From Vicugna vicugna (taxonomy: Eukaryota): DNA of 64,000 bases. This document shows, one piece after another, positions 1 through 11,010 of the stretch (its first letter is position 1; the number at the start of each line of letters is the position of its first letter). A program made the translations under genes and the position numbers. The notes below the pieces were generated by a model, which did no database searches, was not told the DNA's origin, and saw nothing but the letters and a program-made list of their open reading frames with translations. The stretch covers positions 567,303 through 631,302 of the forward strand of contig MU057640.1 in assembly GCA_013265495.1 (NCBI GenBank). Direction: 5' to 3'.

Positions 1-135
1 CCCTCACCCCTCACTGCCGTTTATTGAGCATCTATTATGTACTATGTACTGAGTGTGATACTATACAATTATTATTAATAATCCTTCAAGGTAAGTAGTA
101 CTGTTATTTCAGATTTAAGAAAAAGGCACAGAGAT

Positions 136-172
136 AATTACCTCCTCCCAAAAAATCAAAAGTAAAAAAAAA
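136..172 (+). mobile_element. Heavily 5'-truncated Vic-1-like SINE tail with TSD, inside a MIR
   Basis: aattacctcctccc + A-rich tail resembles the tail of the 53128-53308 SINE; TSD aaaaggcacagagat (121-135) / aaaagacacagagat (173-187). Confidence 0.65.
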
Positions 173-299
173 AAAAGACACAGAGATTATGTATCTTGTC
201 CAGTTTCACACAGCAAAACTCCTCAGTTCATTTTTGGAAGTCAAGATAACCATAGAGATGAAAATCATGATAAAAGGTGGGCCAAAAATTGTAGCTCTA

Positions 300-780
300 T
301 CTCAAGTCTTAGTATGGATGCAAAATACAAAATTAGAATATAGAATGCAGCAGTGTATCGAATAGATACTATGCTTTGACCAAACGAGGTTTATCCTAGG
401 AATGCAAGAATGGCTCCCTAGTCAGAAGCATTAGGAGATCAATATAATTCACCATATCAACCGACGAAAGGAGACTCATATATTAGCAGATGCTGAAAGG
501 GTGGCTAATAAAACTCTCCTATAATAAAACTCTACGTCAGGAGTAAGAGGACCTACTTAAACTTGATAAAGATGAAAAACTAGCTACTTATATCACATAA
601 ATCCAACTTCATTAAAATAGGAAAAGCTTGCTTTTTCCATTTAAAAATGTTGTCTCGATATTCTTACAAACAAATTAAGCTAAGAAGATAAAAAAGTTCA
701 TATAAATATGAGAAAGAAGAGATGACATTATTTTTTGCCAATGGTTATAATACCTGAAAAACCTCCGAGATCCTAGTAAG
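300..780 (+). mobile_element. Degraded L1 ORF2 fragment (old L1M)
   Basis: ttatcctaggaatgcaagaatgg...aattcaccatatcaac...gatgctgaaa...gatgacatta...tacctgaaaaacc resemble RT-region motifs; no intact ORF. Confidence 0.65.
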
Positions 781-1529
781 GAAGAAAGCCCTATCAGAAG
801 CAACGAGGAGATGGGGTGAGATGGCTGGGTCCCTGCTCTCCTCCACACTGTGGCGGTCTCGCAGCTGGTCAGCGCCTGGCAGTGGGATTTGAACCCAAGT
901 CTGATAATGAAGTCTGTGCTCTTTCCACCTTGTGAAGTGTTCACACTCTCTGCTGTCGCCCAGTCACGTGAAAAGAGAGCCTCTTCAAGCTGGCAAGCTC
1001 GGGGGCTCCAGCAGATCTGGTGGGGATGGCTCTGCTGGGAGAGGTGGGGACAAGATGAGAGGGTTGGCACCAGGTTTTTCCTGGAAGACCCTCAGGCTTC
1101 TGCTACCATCAGTGCCACCCCTCCAGGGGCTGAGATATTGGGCTTTGTGGCTGAGGGAAGGGTGCAGATAGTGGTCCAGTCTTAGCCACTTAGCCAGACT
1201 TCTGCTTCTCAGGTACTGAGCAGCCAACCCACGGAGCTGCCCCTTTCTTCTTGGCTCCAGGAAGCCGTATTTGTGTTGCTTGTTGTCCTTGTCTCCTACT
1301 GTCCACTTGAGAGGTGGTGCCTACCAGGACACATACTTAGAGATTTGGGGTATCAGACGCTTCCCGGGCCATCAAGGGCATGAGTTCTTGGTTGCCACAT
1401 CTACCAAGGATGCCTCGGACTCATGTTTTCATGATGGAAGTGGAATGTGTTTTTCTGGCACAAAATCACTGGGTGATACCTTAAAAATATAACCCATATA
1501 AAGCTTTTGTGCTTCATGCAGAGTCAACC

Positions 1530-1900
1530 ACAGAGTGGTGAAAGGAGTACCGCATGGGAAGCCAGGAGACTGGGCTCTCTGCCACAGCTAGCTGTGTGTC
1601 CCCAGGCAAACCACTTAGCCTTGCTGAGCCTCACTTGTCCCATCTGTGCCATGGGGTGTTGGAACTCAGTAGATTCCCAGTGTCTTTTAACTTCAAAGTT
1701 GTTACAATAATTATCACCCTTATCATGTGCCCAGCTCTGTTCCAAGTGCTTTGCATAGAGATGAACTCATCATAACCCTTTAGCTAAATACTATTATTAT
1801 TCCCATTTTCCCTGTGAAGAAACTGAGGCCCAGAGAGGGCAAGTGACTTTCCCAAGGGCTCACAGCTAGGAAATGATGGTACTCTTACACTGTTTAACTC
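1530..1900. mobile_element. Two oppositely oriented MIR SINE fragments
   Basis: Core motifs ctgagcctcacttgtcccatctgt and cccattttccctgtgaagaaactgaggcccagagagggcaagtgactt. Confidence 0.7.
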
Positions 1901-2123
1901 CCAGCCTCTACTTGTATGGCTGTACTTTACCTGGGGTTGTTTTGCTGTAGTGATGTTGGTTCCATCCGGTGGGATGGGGGGTGTTGGGAGTAGGAGACTT
2001 TTTTTTAAGGGAAACCCAGCCCTGGGGAGGTTGGACAGGAGTCACTGCCTGGGAGAATGATGGCCAGGACCGCAGAGGTTGCTAACCTTTGTGTTTTCCC
2101 TTCCTTTCCTCTTTCCCCTCTAG

Positions 2124-2261
2124 TTTGCGGCAAGCGCTACAAGAATCGGCCGGGACTCAGCTACCACTATGCTCACACTCACCTGGCCAGCGAGGAAGGG
2201 GATGAGGCCCAAGACCAGGAGACCCGGTCCCCACCCAGCCACAGAAACGAGAACCACAGAC
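2124..2261 (+). CDS. DPF3: DPF3 internal coding exon (138 nt; exon 7 in human numbering as recalled): C2H2 zinc finger C-terminal part and acidic linker
   Basis: Pyrimidine tract + TAG acceptor (2122-2123), GTGAGT donor at 2262; phase 1/1; encodes (I)[45 protein letters not shown], recognisable d4-family/DPF3 sequence. Confidence 0.97.
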
Positions 2262-3341
2262 GTGAGTTCCCCGTTGTGGGGCTGGGGGAGTGATGAGGTG
2301 GGTGGAGCGTTCCTTTTTCTCACCTCTGGCATCTTCTGGTGGCACCTGGTGATTGGTCTCGATGACCTGTGGTGAGTTGGGTATTTCAGCCCAGCCCCAG
2401 ATGCCCCTGTGGGTCAGCCAAGCCCCAGGCTGGGAGTGAGCTGGACAGGGGAACATACCCAGCTCTACTCCCGGAGGACAAAGGTAAGTATTAAGGCAAA
2501 AGGGGAACATCCTTACCTGGCCATTGTCAAACGACAGACCGGCTACCCTTTTCCTTCAGCTCCAGAAGATCTATTCACGGCTGCTCCCCTGAGTTGGGCA
2601 TAGCCCTGCAGTGTGTCAATTCAGACAGACATTCCAAATGTCTCCTTGGCCACCAAGAAATGTAGAACATTCTCAATCTATTGTCTTGGCTCTTATAGGG
2701 TCACATTTTGGTTCAAGGCTCTACTGCCTTGGAAATACTGCCCTGGAGCCTCCATGCTCTGTGTTTGAACGAACATGACCTGGGTGCTCTTGTCATTTGA
2801 GATGCTGGACTCTGAAGACCCCAAATGATCCAGAAGACTTGGGTTTCCATTTCTATTCCTTCTTTCCTTCCTCAAGTTCCAGTTACTATTTAGGGAGTCA
2901 CAAAGGGCTTAGCATTCACCACGTGACTTACTTCTGCAACATTCCTTATGGCTTCTGGGACTACCCCAAACTCAGAATGGGATGAGATAATGGGATCTTT
3001 AGGGCTTGCTTTAAGAGATGGGTCATTCTAGGATCATGAGGTGAAGGATAATTGTGGACATGCCATGTGTTTTTTATTTGGCTCATAAGATTTTGTGGTT
3101 GGTGTTCTTAAAATGAACAATTCAAAGTAATTAAAGAAATCAGACTTTTCAAAATATTCAGACTCTAGGGTTTAAGGGTGACTCCCATGGCTTTCAGTCA
3201 GTCAGCTCAGTCAACTGATGTCAACTGGCTGTCTTCACCAAGTATTTGAAATAATGAGCACAGCTCGGCCAAGACCTTTCTTTGCATTAGTGTGGGTTTT
3301 TCCTGACCCCCAGCCCTCTTTCCCCTTGTGGCACTGCCTTC

Positions 3342-3756
3342 TGTCTGAGTTTGCCTAGGCTGCCATAACAAAATACCAAAGACTGGCTGACTTGAAGAAC
3401 AGAGATTGGTTTTCTCACAGTTCTGGAGGCTGGAAGTCCCAGATCAATGTGCCACCAGGGTAGAGTGTCTCTGAGCCTCTCTCCTTGGCTTGCAGGCGCC
3501 CACCCTCTTGCTGCCCCGTCACATAGTCGTCCGTCCCTCTGTGCGTGCGTACTTCCGCTGTCTCTTTGTGTCCAAATTTCCTTCTCTTAGGACACCAGTG
3601 AGATTAGATTAGGGCCGATCCTAAGAGTCTCATTTTAACTTTTGTTCTTTAAGCATCTCTTCAAAGGCCCTACATCCAAATATAGTCACATCCTGAGGCC
3701 TGGGAGTCAGGGCTTCAGCACGCGAGTTTTAGAGGGATGCAGCTCAGCCCACAGCA
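3342..3756 (-). mobile_element. MLT1 (MaLR) solo LTR
   Basis: TG...CA termini, 5-bp TSD CCTTC (3337-3341/3757-3761), typical ttctcacagttctggaggctggaagtcc motif. Confidence 0.85.
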
Positions 3757-6014
3757 CCTTCTGTAATTCTTGCTCATTTTCAGGATTCAAGCCTTACATG
3801 TGAGAGACCCCTTATTTTCTTACCTTCTATTGTCATGTGGGCAGAGCCTGAAAAGCAGGCAGGAGGCGCTCACCTCCCCGCGCCGGCTTCTGGGGAGCTC
3901 CCACGCTGAGGTCCCCGCCTGCTCCCTGGTCGGGGTTCCCTTGGTCCAGACACCCTGGTCTTCCAGAAAGGAAAATATATTGACCTGTACTGATCAGCTG
4001 GTTTTCGCATTTCCCCATCTCCTTCTCTGATCTAAGTGGCCAAGGCGTCGCTACTGTCTCCTGCCGTGAGGCGCCTGAGAACGCTCCCCTTTGATTGGGG
4101 CGATCTGGGCTGCCACCTGGAAAGTGTGTATTAGAGATGGCTGCTCTTTCTAAAGTACTCCTGAGCGTGGTGTTATTTCTCACCTCCCCCCCACCCCAGT
4201 GCTGGCTTATCTCCTCTACACCTCTTCTCAAATGTCAGGCCGTTTTGTCCCCGTGTGTAGGGCTTTCCTCACGCTGCGGGGCTTGGAGTGCTTCTCTTTT
4301 GTCCGGGTCCCTTCCATGGGTGTGCATGTGATGGCAGCTGCAGAGGGAGGCTTCTTGTGGACCCCCAGGTATCCTGCGGGCCCCAAGTGGACCAGGGGTC
4401 TCCTCCTTAGCGACTCCTCCCCACCCCTCCCGGCTGGCTGTTGACTTCGAGATGGGCCCCGGCCCACATTTTCCTCTGTCTGCCAGGACTGCCTCACGCA
4501 GTCTCGTGGGTCGTTGTCTTCCCTCCCCTCGTGTCCTCACCGTGAGGCCGGGCGGCCTTGCTTAGGAAGGAAGCGGGTCCTTTCTCCTCCTGGATGGAGA
4601 CGCAGCCCTAAGAAATCGTACCCCGTTGCGTGTTGTCCTCTCTGGGGATTTGTCAGTGCTTGTCTCTTGCTCCGACCCCCTCCGCCCCTCTTCTCTCACC
4701 CTGCTGATGAGAAACGGGGCTCTTCAAAAAGGATCGTCCGACTATGCAGTTTTAAACTGCATAGAAAAGAATAGCTGTACTGGGGCTTTATCTGGAGCCT
4801 CCTCACACGAGGAAGGTTCCAGAACCCTCACAAACAACTTTTTAGGGACATCTCTTCACAAGGCCTCTGAGAAGTCTGTGATTACCTCTAATTTTACTAG
4901 CGGGCAAGGTGGGGCAGAAAGGCCCTTAGTGTCCACAGGAGCCATCCCTTTTCTCTTCCACTGTTTCTCTGGACAGATCCGAGAGACAGCGGCTCTTCCC
5001 AGGTTCTCTGCAGCACAAACGCCACTGATCTGCTTGCTGCTCCGAATGTGTGCTCTGTTCCCTCCCACATTCCCCTGGGGGGTGCCCCGCCCCTGCAACC
5101 CCAACCATCTTCTCGTGAGCGCTAATTGCCAGCATCATCAATACCCAGTCATTAGCTGCTCCCACTGTTTGGGGTGGGGGGTGGGCTCCCATCCATCCTG
5201 CCCCTAAACGCCACTGGGCTGTGTGGTGAATCAAATGTGACGGCTCTGCAGCATTCTGAGGTCTCCGCTTTGTGGTCCTCCCTTGGCAAAGCTTTTGAGT
5301 GGGGGAGGGAGACAGGAGAGGTTCATCCAAAAGGCTAAGCTGCAGTTCCTCCAGGAAAAGTTCTGGGTGCCAGCGAGGTGGGAACGCAGACTTTTCCCTC
5401 TTTAGCAGAGCTGCGGGGGGGACCCTAGCTGCTTGTGAGCACAGCCCTGCAGACTCAGGAGTTGCCAGTGTCACGGGCATCCATGTTTGTACCACCTGCA
5501 GCAGTTGAGACCTTTTGACTTTGGTCCTCCTGCTGTCCCTGGCGGCTTCCCCCCAGCTGGGTCTCCAGCGAAGCCCATTGCTCATCACTGCTCCTGCGGC
5601 TGCTGAAAGGGCAGAACGGAGTGCTGGAGCCAGCACTGACCTCCCCCGGCCCCGCTGCCCCGCACTGCCAGCTCAGCACTCACTGCTGCTCCTCCTGTCC
5701 TCCCGCCCCTCCCGGCTCATGCTCTCCTGCCTTTGTTCCTCTCCTCCTGTCTCATTTTCTCCTGAATATATGCTTCTTGTCTCTCCTGTAGGTTTGTCCC
5801 CTTTCCTTTGTGCCCTTGCCTCTCTGCCTCAGCTCCAGGCGGCCCAGGGATGCTTGGCGCTCAAACAACCCCCCTACCTTGGGAGGTAGGACTTTTCTGA
5901 TGGGGTCTTCCCCGCCTGAGCTGCTGCCCTTCTCCTCCCTGTGGGAGGCTGGATTCTCCTGCCTTCTTTTATTTCTCTTACCACCTTCCTCTACCTTCTA
6001 CAAATGAAATCACC

Positions 6015-6102
6015 GTGTGTGTATGTGTGTGTGTGTGTGTGTGTGTGAGCGTGCGCACGTGTGTGCATACAGATACATGCACACATAGACTACGTATATA
6101 TA
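6015..6102. repeat. (GT)n microsatellite extended by alternating purine-pyrimidine sequence
   Basis: ~16 GT units with one interruption, then gcgtgcgcacgtgtgtgcatac...tatata. Confidence 0.95.
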
Positions 6103-6416
6103 AATAAAAGGAGGGAGGGTCTGGGGAGGTTAGGACTCTGAGAGGTGCCACTCAGAGGCATTCTTTGTGACTCCTAAATGCCACCTCAGTAAACAAAAAG
6201 AGCATTGGATTAGTAGTCAAAACTCCTTTGACACAGGTTCACAATGTCAAAGCTCTTCTTGAATTTATTTTGACCTCCTCTGCACAGTGGGAATCTATTA
6301 TAGGTGATTTTTTCAAGGTTCCTTTCTGGGAGGTGGGGTGGGTATGGGCATTCGTGAGATCATGGACCTGGATGGACAAGCTGTGTAGATAAATTCAGTC
6401 TAATACATTCATCTGT

Positions 6417-6452
6417 CCATCCATCCATCCATCCATCCATCTACCCATCCAT
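6417..6452. repeat. (CCAT)n tetranucleotide repeat
   Basis: tccatccatccatccatccatccatctacccatccatc. Confidence 0.95.
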
Positions 6453-6604
6453 CTTTTGGTTTGGTAACCATGTTGTGAGTACAGTCTAGGCTCCCATCCT
6501 TGAGGAGCTCATGGTGGTGAGCAGGAATGTGTAATAGGGTGTGAAGAGAGTGGCGAAGGAAGCCAAGGGCTCAAGGGCACAGTACACTCTCTGCTCCTTA
6601 GGAC

Positions 6605-6772
6605 AGCAGTGCTGTAAGTGTGGCATCAGCATCACCCGGGAACTTATCAGAAATGCAGATCCTTGGCTCCACCAGACCTCCTAAAACAAAGACTCAGAGG
6701 TGCAGGCCAGCAATCTGTTTTAAAAAGCTGTCCACAGCATTCCGGTGCACAGGAAAGCTGGAGAATCATTGC
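6605..6772. mobile_element. MER5A-like hAT-Charlie MITE
   Basis: gcatcagcatcacccgggaacttatcagaaatgcaga...gagaatcattg signature. Confidence 0.7.
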
Positions 6773-6779
6773 ATTAGGG

Positions 6780-7110
6780 GATTTGCAGAGGCTTCCCTGA
6801 GGAGGTGACATTCAAATTAGTCCTTGAAGAATGAGGAGAAATTTACTGGGAGGGAGAGGGCTTCCCAGGTAGAGGTACTGTGTGTACAAAGGCAGGGAGA
6901 TATAAAATAGCATGGTGCATTCACACAGTTGGTTGTGGTTGGATCTGACACTTGTGTTGGAGGAATGGTGGAAACATGGGCAGGGCCCACAGCTGGAAGC
7001 GTCTTCCCTGTCAGGCTGTGTGGCTGTCACCCTGCAGGAAAAGGAGAGCCGAGGTGGCCATTACTAGAAGTAAGAGCAAATGATTCATAAAGAAATCCGC
7101 CTGGCATGTT
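6780..7110. mobile_element. L2 LINE fragment
   Basis: gaggcttccctgaggaggtgacatt...gtccttgaagaatgag...tgtacaaaggcagggag. Confidence 0.6.
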
Positions 7111-8714
7111 ATTCATTGTTATATGGTGTATCTCTCTTATTTAATAGCATCAATGAATATAAAATGCTCTCTACAACACACTTGGAGCTCCTACGAGGGA
7201 AATGTGTTTTAAAATATGGATCTTCCAAATTTATTCCAAGCCTGTTTCTCAGGTCCCTGGAATGGAAGTCAGGCTGTCCTCGGTCCCGGGAGGTCTCGGT
7301 CTTCTGGCTAATAATGGTGTGCCTGGCATATAGCTAGGCTCTCAATATCTGTCAAGAGAAGAAAAATCCCCACCCCAGTGTGCCTTTGGAGGGCATGTGG
7401 TACTCTGCAGAGCTGGAAGAGGAGAGCCGAGTTGATTAAGGGTAATGTTGGCTGATTAGATAATCTGAAAATTAGTCTGATAATGTGCAAATTATCTAAA
7501 AGAAGCCTATGATGTCATTGCCACACTGATGGGAAAGATCTAACAGATGTTCGTCTTCTGACATCTCTGTTCTCTGACATACGGCCCAGGGGCAAGGATG
7601 CAGCTTTAAAGAAGAGAGTGAAAAATCATGTTTGACACAAGCTTAAGAATTTTGGATCAGTCTGAAAGGTGCCTGAAAAGCCATAAAACACAGACAACTC
7701 ACCACTTACCCGGCCTGGAAGCAGGAAGTGCAGGCTTTGTGGCGCGGGAGAGAGAGGACCACTTAGATACACGGCTCTGCCTGGGAGAGCGCGCTGCTTC
7801 TCGCTCCCTAAAGAGCAAATTTGGAAACTAATGACAGGTGTTCCTTAGGTGAATTATTATTTAACTAAACAGTTTACACATTACAAAGCAAAGAAGAACC
7901 CGAGGGGTGGGTCTGGCCTTGAAGGTATGCTTGGAGTTAATCCTCCAGACCCATGGGCCATCCACAATCTTGACCTACTGGCTGAGAAAATGGCACTGGA
8001 CTTGGCTGGGCCAGTGTGCAAATGACTCTGCTGCCCTGACATCTTCTGTCTGTGTAAATGGGGGTCAATTACTTACACTTCTCTGCTCCTTCGTTGCCTC
8101 CTCTGTAAAACAGAGAGAATCATCATACTGACCTCATGGGGTTACCGCGAGCCTTCAGGTGCTGTGGGTGTTTGGCACCAGGCCCGCACACCTTGGACCA
8201 ACAGAGCACGTCTGGGACCACAGATGGCTAATCGGAGTCAGGGCTGGTCTGCGGCTGTGCGATACTGGGAAGCTAACTGCCTATGGGGGGTCTCATTGGC
8301 ATCAGGCGGAACTATCTGGCCCTGGAACATTCTTTGCTAAATCTTAGATATGGGACACCAATCCTTCCTTACGGGTTAAACATGAATATTTATTAAGCAC
8401 TTACTGTGCATGCCCGCACTCGTGGGGCCAAGTGTAATTGGGTCTCAAAAGAGGCATACCATGTGGTCTTGGCCCTAAGACAACTTCTGGTCTGACTGGG
8501 GAGATCAGATGGGTATGTGAGATCCAGAGGGAGGAGGCTGTGGAGCAGATCTGGCCAAGTGTGGCATCTCTGTATTGACCATCCGTTTCCCCAGGATCAG
8601 GCATCTACCTGCCCCTTGCCTGTCTGTGAGCCGCTTTTATTTCTTTCTCAGTTTTGGCCTAATTACCTAAAATGTTCAGGATTGAAGAGTTCCACATCCT
8701 GATCAGTGACAATG

Positions 8715-9170
8715 ACAATAATACTTGTTGACATTCCTCAAATGTGTCAGACACTGTGCTAGGCATGCCACGTTTATCTCATTCATCCCTCACAGCAACC
8801 TTATAAGGTAGGTGCTGTATCCCCCAGAGGACACTGAGGCACACAGAGACCAAGGGCTGTGCCCTTGGACCTGGAGCATGAATGTGAATTCTCCAGCCAC
8901 GTGTCACTTCTTGGGAAAGCTTACTTATTTAGGCTTTTGATTTTTTCCCCCTGCCTTTTCAGAAATAAAATTATTTACAGAGGAAAAGAAAGAGGGAAAG
9001 GCATGATGGAATATCTACTAGGTGTCAGGTAATGTTTGCAAGTCTGTGAGGCACGTGCTTTGACTCTGTTTTACAGCTGAGGAAACTGAGGCTCAGAAAG
9101 GTTGAGGAACTTGCCCCAAGTCACCTGGTTAGCAAGATGAGAAGCTGAGATGTGAATGTGCTTGAGTTGG
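8715..9170 (-). mobile_element. MIR SINE fragments
   Basis: cctcacagcaacctt...actgaggcacacagaga; ttttacagctgaggaaactgaggctcagaaaggttgaggaacttgcccc. Confidence 0.7.
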
Positions 9171-9327
9171 ACGCCATTCAGTTATGTCAGGATACTGAAA
9201 CCCCAAGTGACAGACCCCAGTCTCAGCCTGGGGTCTTTGGCATGGTCCTACTGCTGTCCCTTAATTTCCCCCCAAAGGCCAATTATCAAACGCATTATAT
9301 TACACAGTGGTTTTCAAAAGAAACAGG

Positions 9328-9723
9328 TGTACTAGTGGGCAGTGTGAAAGTCAGTGTAACAAAATAGCATAGACTGCGTGGCTCAAAAAATAGGAGTTTA
9401 TTTCTCACAGTTCTGGAAGCTGGAAGTTCAAGATAAAAGTGCTGGCAGGGCCGGTGTCTGGTGGGGACACTCTCCTTGGGTCAGTGATGGCCATCTTTTT
9501 GCTGTGTCCTCACACGGCCTTCCCTTGGTTACAATCAATAGAGAGAAGCAAGCTCTGTAGTGTTTCTTCTTATAAGGGCACTGATCCCACCAAGAGGGCC
9601 TCATCTTCATGACCTCATCTACACCTGATCACTTCCCAAAGGCCCCATCTCGTAATGCCATCACATGGAGGGGCAGGGCTTCAGCATATGCATTTTGGGG
9701 GAGAAACACCTCAGTCCATATCA
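9328..9723 (-). mobile_element. MLT1 (MaLR) solo LTR
   Basis: tttatttctcacagttctggaagctggaagttcaagat motif; similar to the 3342-3756 copy. Confidence 0.8.
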
Positions 9724-10264
9724 GGCACATTTAATCTTCAAAGGAAACTAGCTGTTTGTGATGTTATATGGACCCCTCCCCACCCTTACAAATTCTGCTT
9801 GAGGCTTTAATTTGTAAATGAGTTTTGTTCTAGAAAAAAAAATCACACATCACTCAGTTCAATAATTTTTCTGCATCTTTCTCATTCCATGTCTCAGTCT
9901 TTCCTGACTCTCATATCTCTTTCTGAGCTTATTCTTTAAAAAAAAAAATAATACTATACCTAAAGTGAAAGTCCTAGGATTCCCCCTTGGCTCTGTTTTC
10001 CTTCACACACATTTTGGCTCCCCATCCAAAATGTACCCCAAATCTGTCTCCCTGTCTCCGTCTCCCTCACCATCAGCTCCTGCCCGGATCACTGCAACTT
10101 CCTTATTGGTCTCTCAGCCTTTGTTCTTGCCTCTTATAGTCTTTTCTCCCTGGAGTGGCCAGAGGGGCCTTTGTAGAGTATAAAATACACTATGCCATGC
10201 AACGCTTGCGGAATGTTTATCACACTTGAGAACAATCCAAACTCCTCACCTTGAGGATCTGCAT

Positions 10265-10545
10265 TTTTGCTTCTCAAAGTGTGGTCCGCAGTATCAGCAT
10301 CACTTGGGACTCAGGTGACCACCTTGTCCAGGTTTGCCCAGGACATTCCCAGGTTTAGACTGAAAGTCCAGTGCCCTGAGAACCCCTCAGTGCCAGGCAA
10401 ACCTGGACAGTTGGCTGCCCTGTTGGGGAGCTTGTAAGAAACGTGGACTCTCAGGCCCCACCTGGACCTATGAATTCTATTCTGAATTTTAACGAGATCC
10501 CTAAGTGATTTATTTGCATAGCACTCAAATTTGAGAAGCCCTGGC
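10265..10545. mobile_element. MER5A-like MITE interrupted by a nested element
   Basis: cttctcaaagtgtggtcc...atcagcatcacttggga // gagcttgtaagaaac...tttgagaagccctg. Confidence 0.7.
10312..10422. mobile_element. MER81-like hAT-Blackjack MITE nested in MER5A
   Basis: Perfect 14-bp inverted repeat tgtccaggtttgcc (10325-10338) / ggcaaacctggaca (10396-10409); degenerate 8-bp TSD ttgggact/ttggggag. Confidence 0.65.
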
Positions 10546-10857
10546 CTCCAGGGCCTGGCAGCCACTCTGATTTAACGTCCTTCGGGTGGGTGGCTGTATG
10601 TGCCCGTGGCCGGCTGGTGTCGGCTGGTCCAGCTAAGAGCCACGCTGCCTGGGCCCAGAGCCAGTGCAGCCACTAACTAGCGTGTGACCGTAGATAAGCT
10701 TCCCTGTGCTTTAAGTAGCACCTGTGTGAAATCAGAACACTAACACATCTGTATCATAGGGCTATGTGATGATTAAATAAATTAATTTATATGAAGCACA
10801 GATCTAACAGAAAATGTGTATGACACAATGTGATACCACTCTCACGTGTCTCGTTAG

Positions 10858-11010
10858 AGCCATGGTCCTCCAGCCTGAGTGCATCGCAGTCACCTGTTCC
10901 TTACTTTAAATGCAGACTGCCCGATCCCGCCCCAGAATTTCAGATTCAGTAGGTCTGGGGTGGGGGCCTAGAATTTACATGTTGAAGAAATCCCCTTTGT
11001 GAACCATTGC
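10858..11010. mobile_element. MER5-family MITE fragment
   Basis: aaatgcagactgccc...cagattcagtaggtctggggtgggggcctagaatt signature. Confidence 0.65.

Noticed and set aside
4926..5636. 236-aa minus-strand ORF and overlapping 193-aa plus ORF (4626-5207)
   Set aside because: Non-ATG starts, no recognisable domain, composition typical of GC-rich intron
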